Of a DNA stretch of 64,000 bases, positions 62,243 through 64,000 are shown in pieces. The position numbers and the translations under genes were made by a program. The stretch comes from the human T2T-CHM13v2.0 reference genome, Homo sapiens: assembly GCF_009914755.1 (NCBI RefSeq), contig NC_060937.1. One strand, 5' to 3'. Numbering within the stretch: the stretch's first letter is position 1; the number at the start of each line of letters is the position of its first letter. The notes beneath the pieces were generated by a model. The model was not told where the DNA came from, did not search any database, and was given only the letters and a program-made list of their open reading frames with translations.

Positions 62243-64000
62243 ACCTGTTACACAGCTAGTTAACGGGCTAAGCCAAGACCGTAATGGCTGATTGTCAAAT
62301 AGGCTTATTGGATAATTGATTCAGGACAGTGATTTTGTATCATACTTTACATCTTAGAATTTAGGCTTAATCATTTTCTCACTCTTTTCATCTTGAAATT
62401 TGTACTATTATTCTCTTTTTTTGTCTGTTCTCTCCTCTCCCTCTCTTTCTCTTGCCCGTTTTCTTCATATTCCAGTGAGCTCCTCAAAGAATTCAAGGCA
62501 AGTATTTCTACATTTCTCAGTTCTGGCAAGGTTTGACTGATCTGAGTGTCACATGCTTTTAACAAGTACTCTATTATCTATTCATGAAATTGGGTGACAA
62601 TGTATTTACTTGAGTCTAGACAGAGTTGTTAATCAGTTTTGACTTATTGTGTTTTCCCCCCAAAAACTATCTCAAAGTAAAATTCGATTTGAATGCAGAG
62701 TGAGTAGCAGATATTAAACAATCTTCAATTCTAATATGCTTAGTAAACACATAAACCTTGGAGACTGATTTATTTGAATGAATGTTTATAGAGAAAATAT
62801 AACGCACTTAAAGACACAGTTTTTATGTTAGGCCATGTTTATGTGATCTCCAAAACATCCCACTTCAAAGAGTCAAAGAGTTCTTTGTAAATAGAGGCAG
62901 GCAAGTCATTTCATTATCAAGCTATTACATCAACACATCAGGATTCCTTCTGAATGCAGACTGTTGATATCCTTCTGTCTCCTTTCCAGCTGGCACTTTT
63001 GGACACTCCACTGATTTTTTCAGTTTTCATCACTTCAACAATACAGTCTATTTATCATCTCACATTTTTAAAATCTTTCCTATGTTACAGGATCAAATGC
63101 CATACATCCAGACAAATTCTCTCATCTTATACTCCAATAATAGACTTGGATTTTCATTATAAATTATTACAAAAATACCTTCCTATCACTGTAATACCAT
63201 TGTACCATTATAGCAAAATGACATTTTCTCTCTCAGGTAAAGAAAATAAATTATTGTTAGCACTTGTTTTGATATCCTGAAATGTAATAGATGTTTCCTA
63301 TTTTGCAACAGATACAAATTATCTATGGAAGGAAGAAGTTCATTATTTCATCAGACATATAAAGAAAACAATATCTACCTCACCTATACTTAATGCTTTA
63401 GTACAAAATATAAAGCATTGGAAAAACTAAATAAGTAAAACGATGCTTTCAGCTTCAATTTTGGATAATAAAATAGGATTCTATGGTTTTGTTTTGCATG
63501 TCTTCTTTTGTATTTTGTTTGTCTTGTTTGGAAGAGGAAAGATTATTCTTCCTAGAAATCGTATTCCTCAATAAGGATTTTGAATGTCATAGCATATTGT
63601 ACCCTGTGATCTCTTAGTGAAACCAAGATGTTACACATCACCTACAAATGTTATGAGGAGGTATTAAATACAGGTCAATAAGTAGCCTGATTTTAGAGTA
63701 GACTATGATTAATTGACTTTTTGAATGCCATGGCTAAGGTAGATTATATTTCACGTATCAGTTGCCACCATTTTCTGAAGCAAATCAGAATAAGTGCCTA
63801 ACTCTGACAAGCTCATCCTACTTGGTATGTCCTGCCACATTTGCTTCTTTGTTGTCATTTTAATTTCTTTTGCTATTAGCTTCTTTTGATAATGAAACAC
63901 AGAAGTTCAACTTATTTCTTATGATAGTTGCTATTTTTCTAAATATGGACATTCTCCTACACTCTTAGTGGGAGTGAAGAATGAGATCCCATTATTTTTC

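Noticed and set aside
60276-62565. ORFs 60276..60494 and 62371..62565 as coding exons
   Set aside because: No recognisable domain or convincing splice-site pair; the charged stretch comes from a CT-rich tract

Overview
AT-rich, repeat-dense primate DNA, almost certainly human because it carries a near-perfect AluYa5. It looks intergenic or deep intronic. I found no credible protein-coding gene, tRNA, rRNA, CRISPR array or new multi-gene system. The only real protein-coding remnants are broken LINE-1 ORF2 pieces at 1-2930; the other ORFs are Alu/L1/LTR read-through or chance. The window holds about 17 Alus, several L1 fragments, solo LTRs (LTR8A, LTR12, LTR1, MER4-group, MaLR), a probable two-LTR ERVL relic, hAT DNA-transposon fossils, L2 fragments and microsatellites. 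The notable signals are unusual retrotransposition products: (i) a full-length U6 snRNA fused to a non-L1 polyadenylated RNA, retroposed as one unit with a TSD; (ii) an ERV segment ending in a poly(A)-like tail just after the LTR poly(A) signal, probably an L1-made processed ERV copy; (iii) a ~50-bp fold-back hairpin made of an L1 3' terminus; (iv) a twin-primed 5'-inverted L1PA; (v) a three-level nest (DNA transposon > Alu > LTR). Repeat subfamily names come from my recall of consensus sequences and need RepeatMasker/Dfam confirmation. Boundaries of old elements are approximate.
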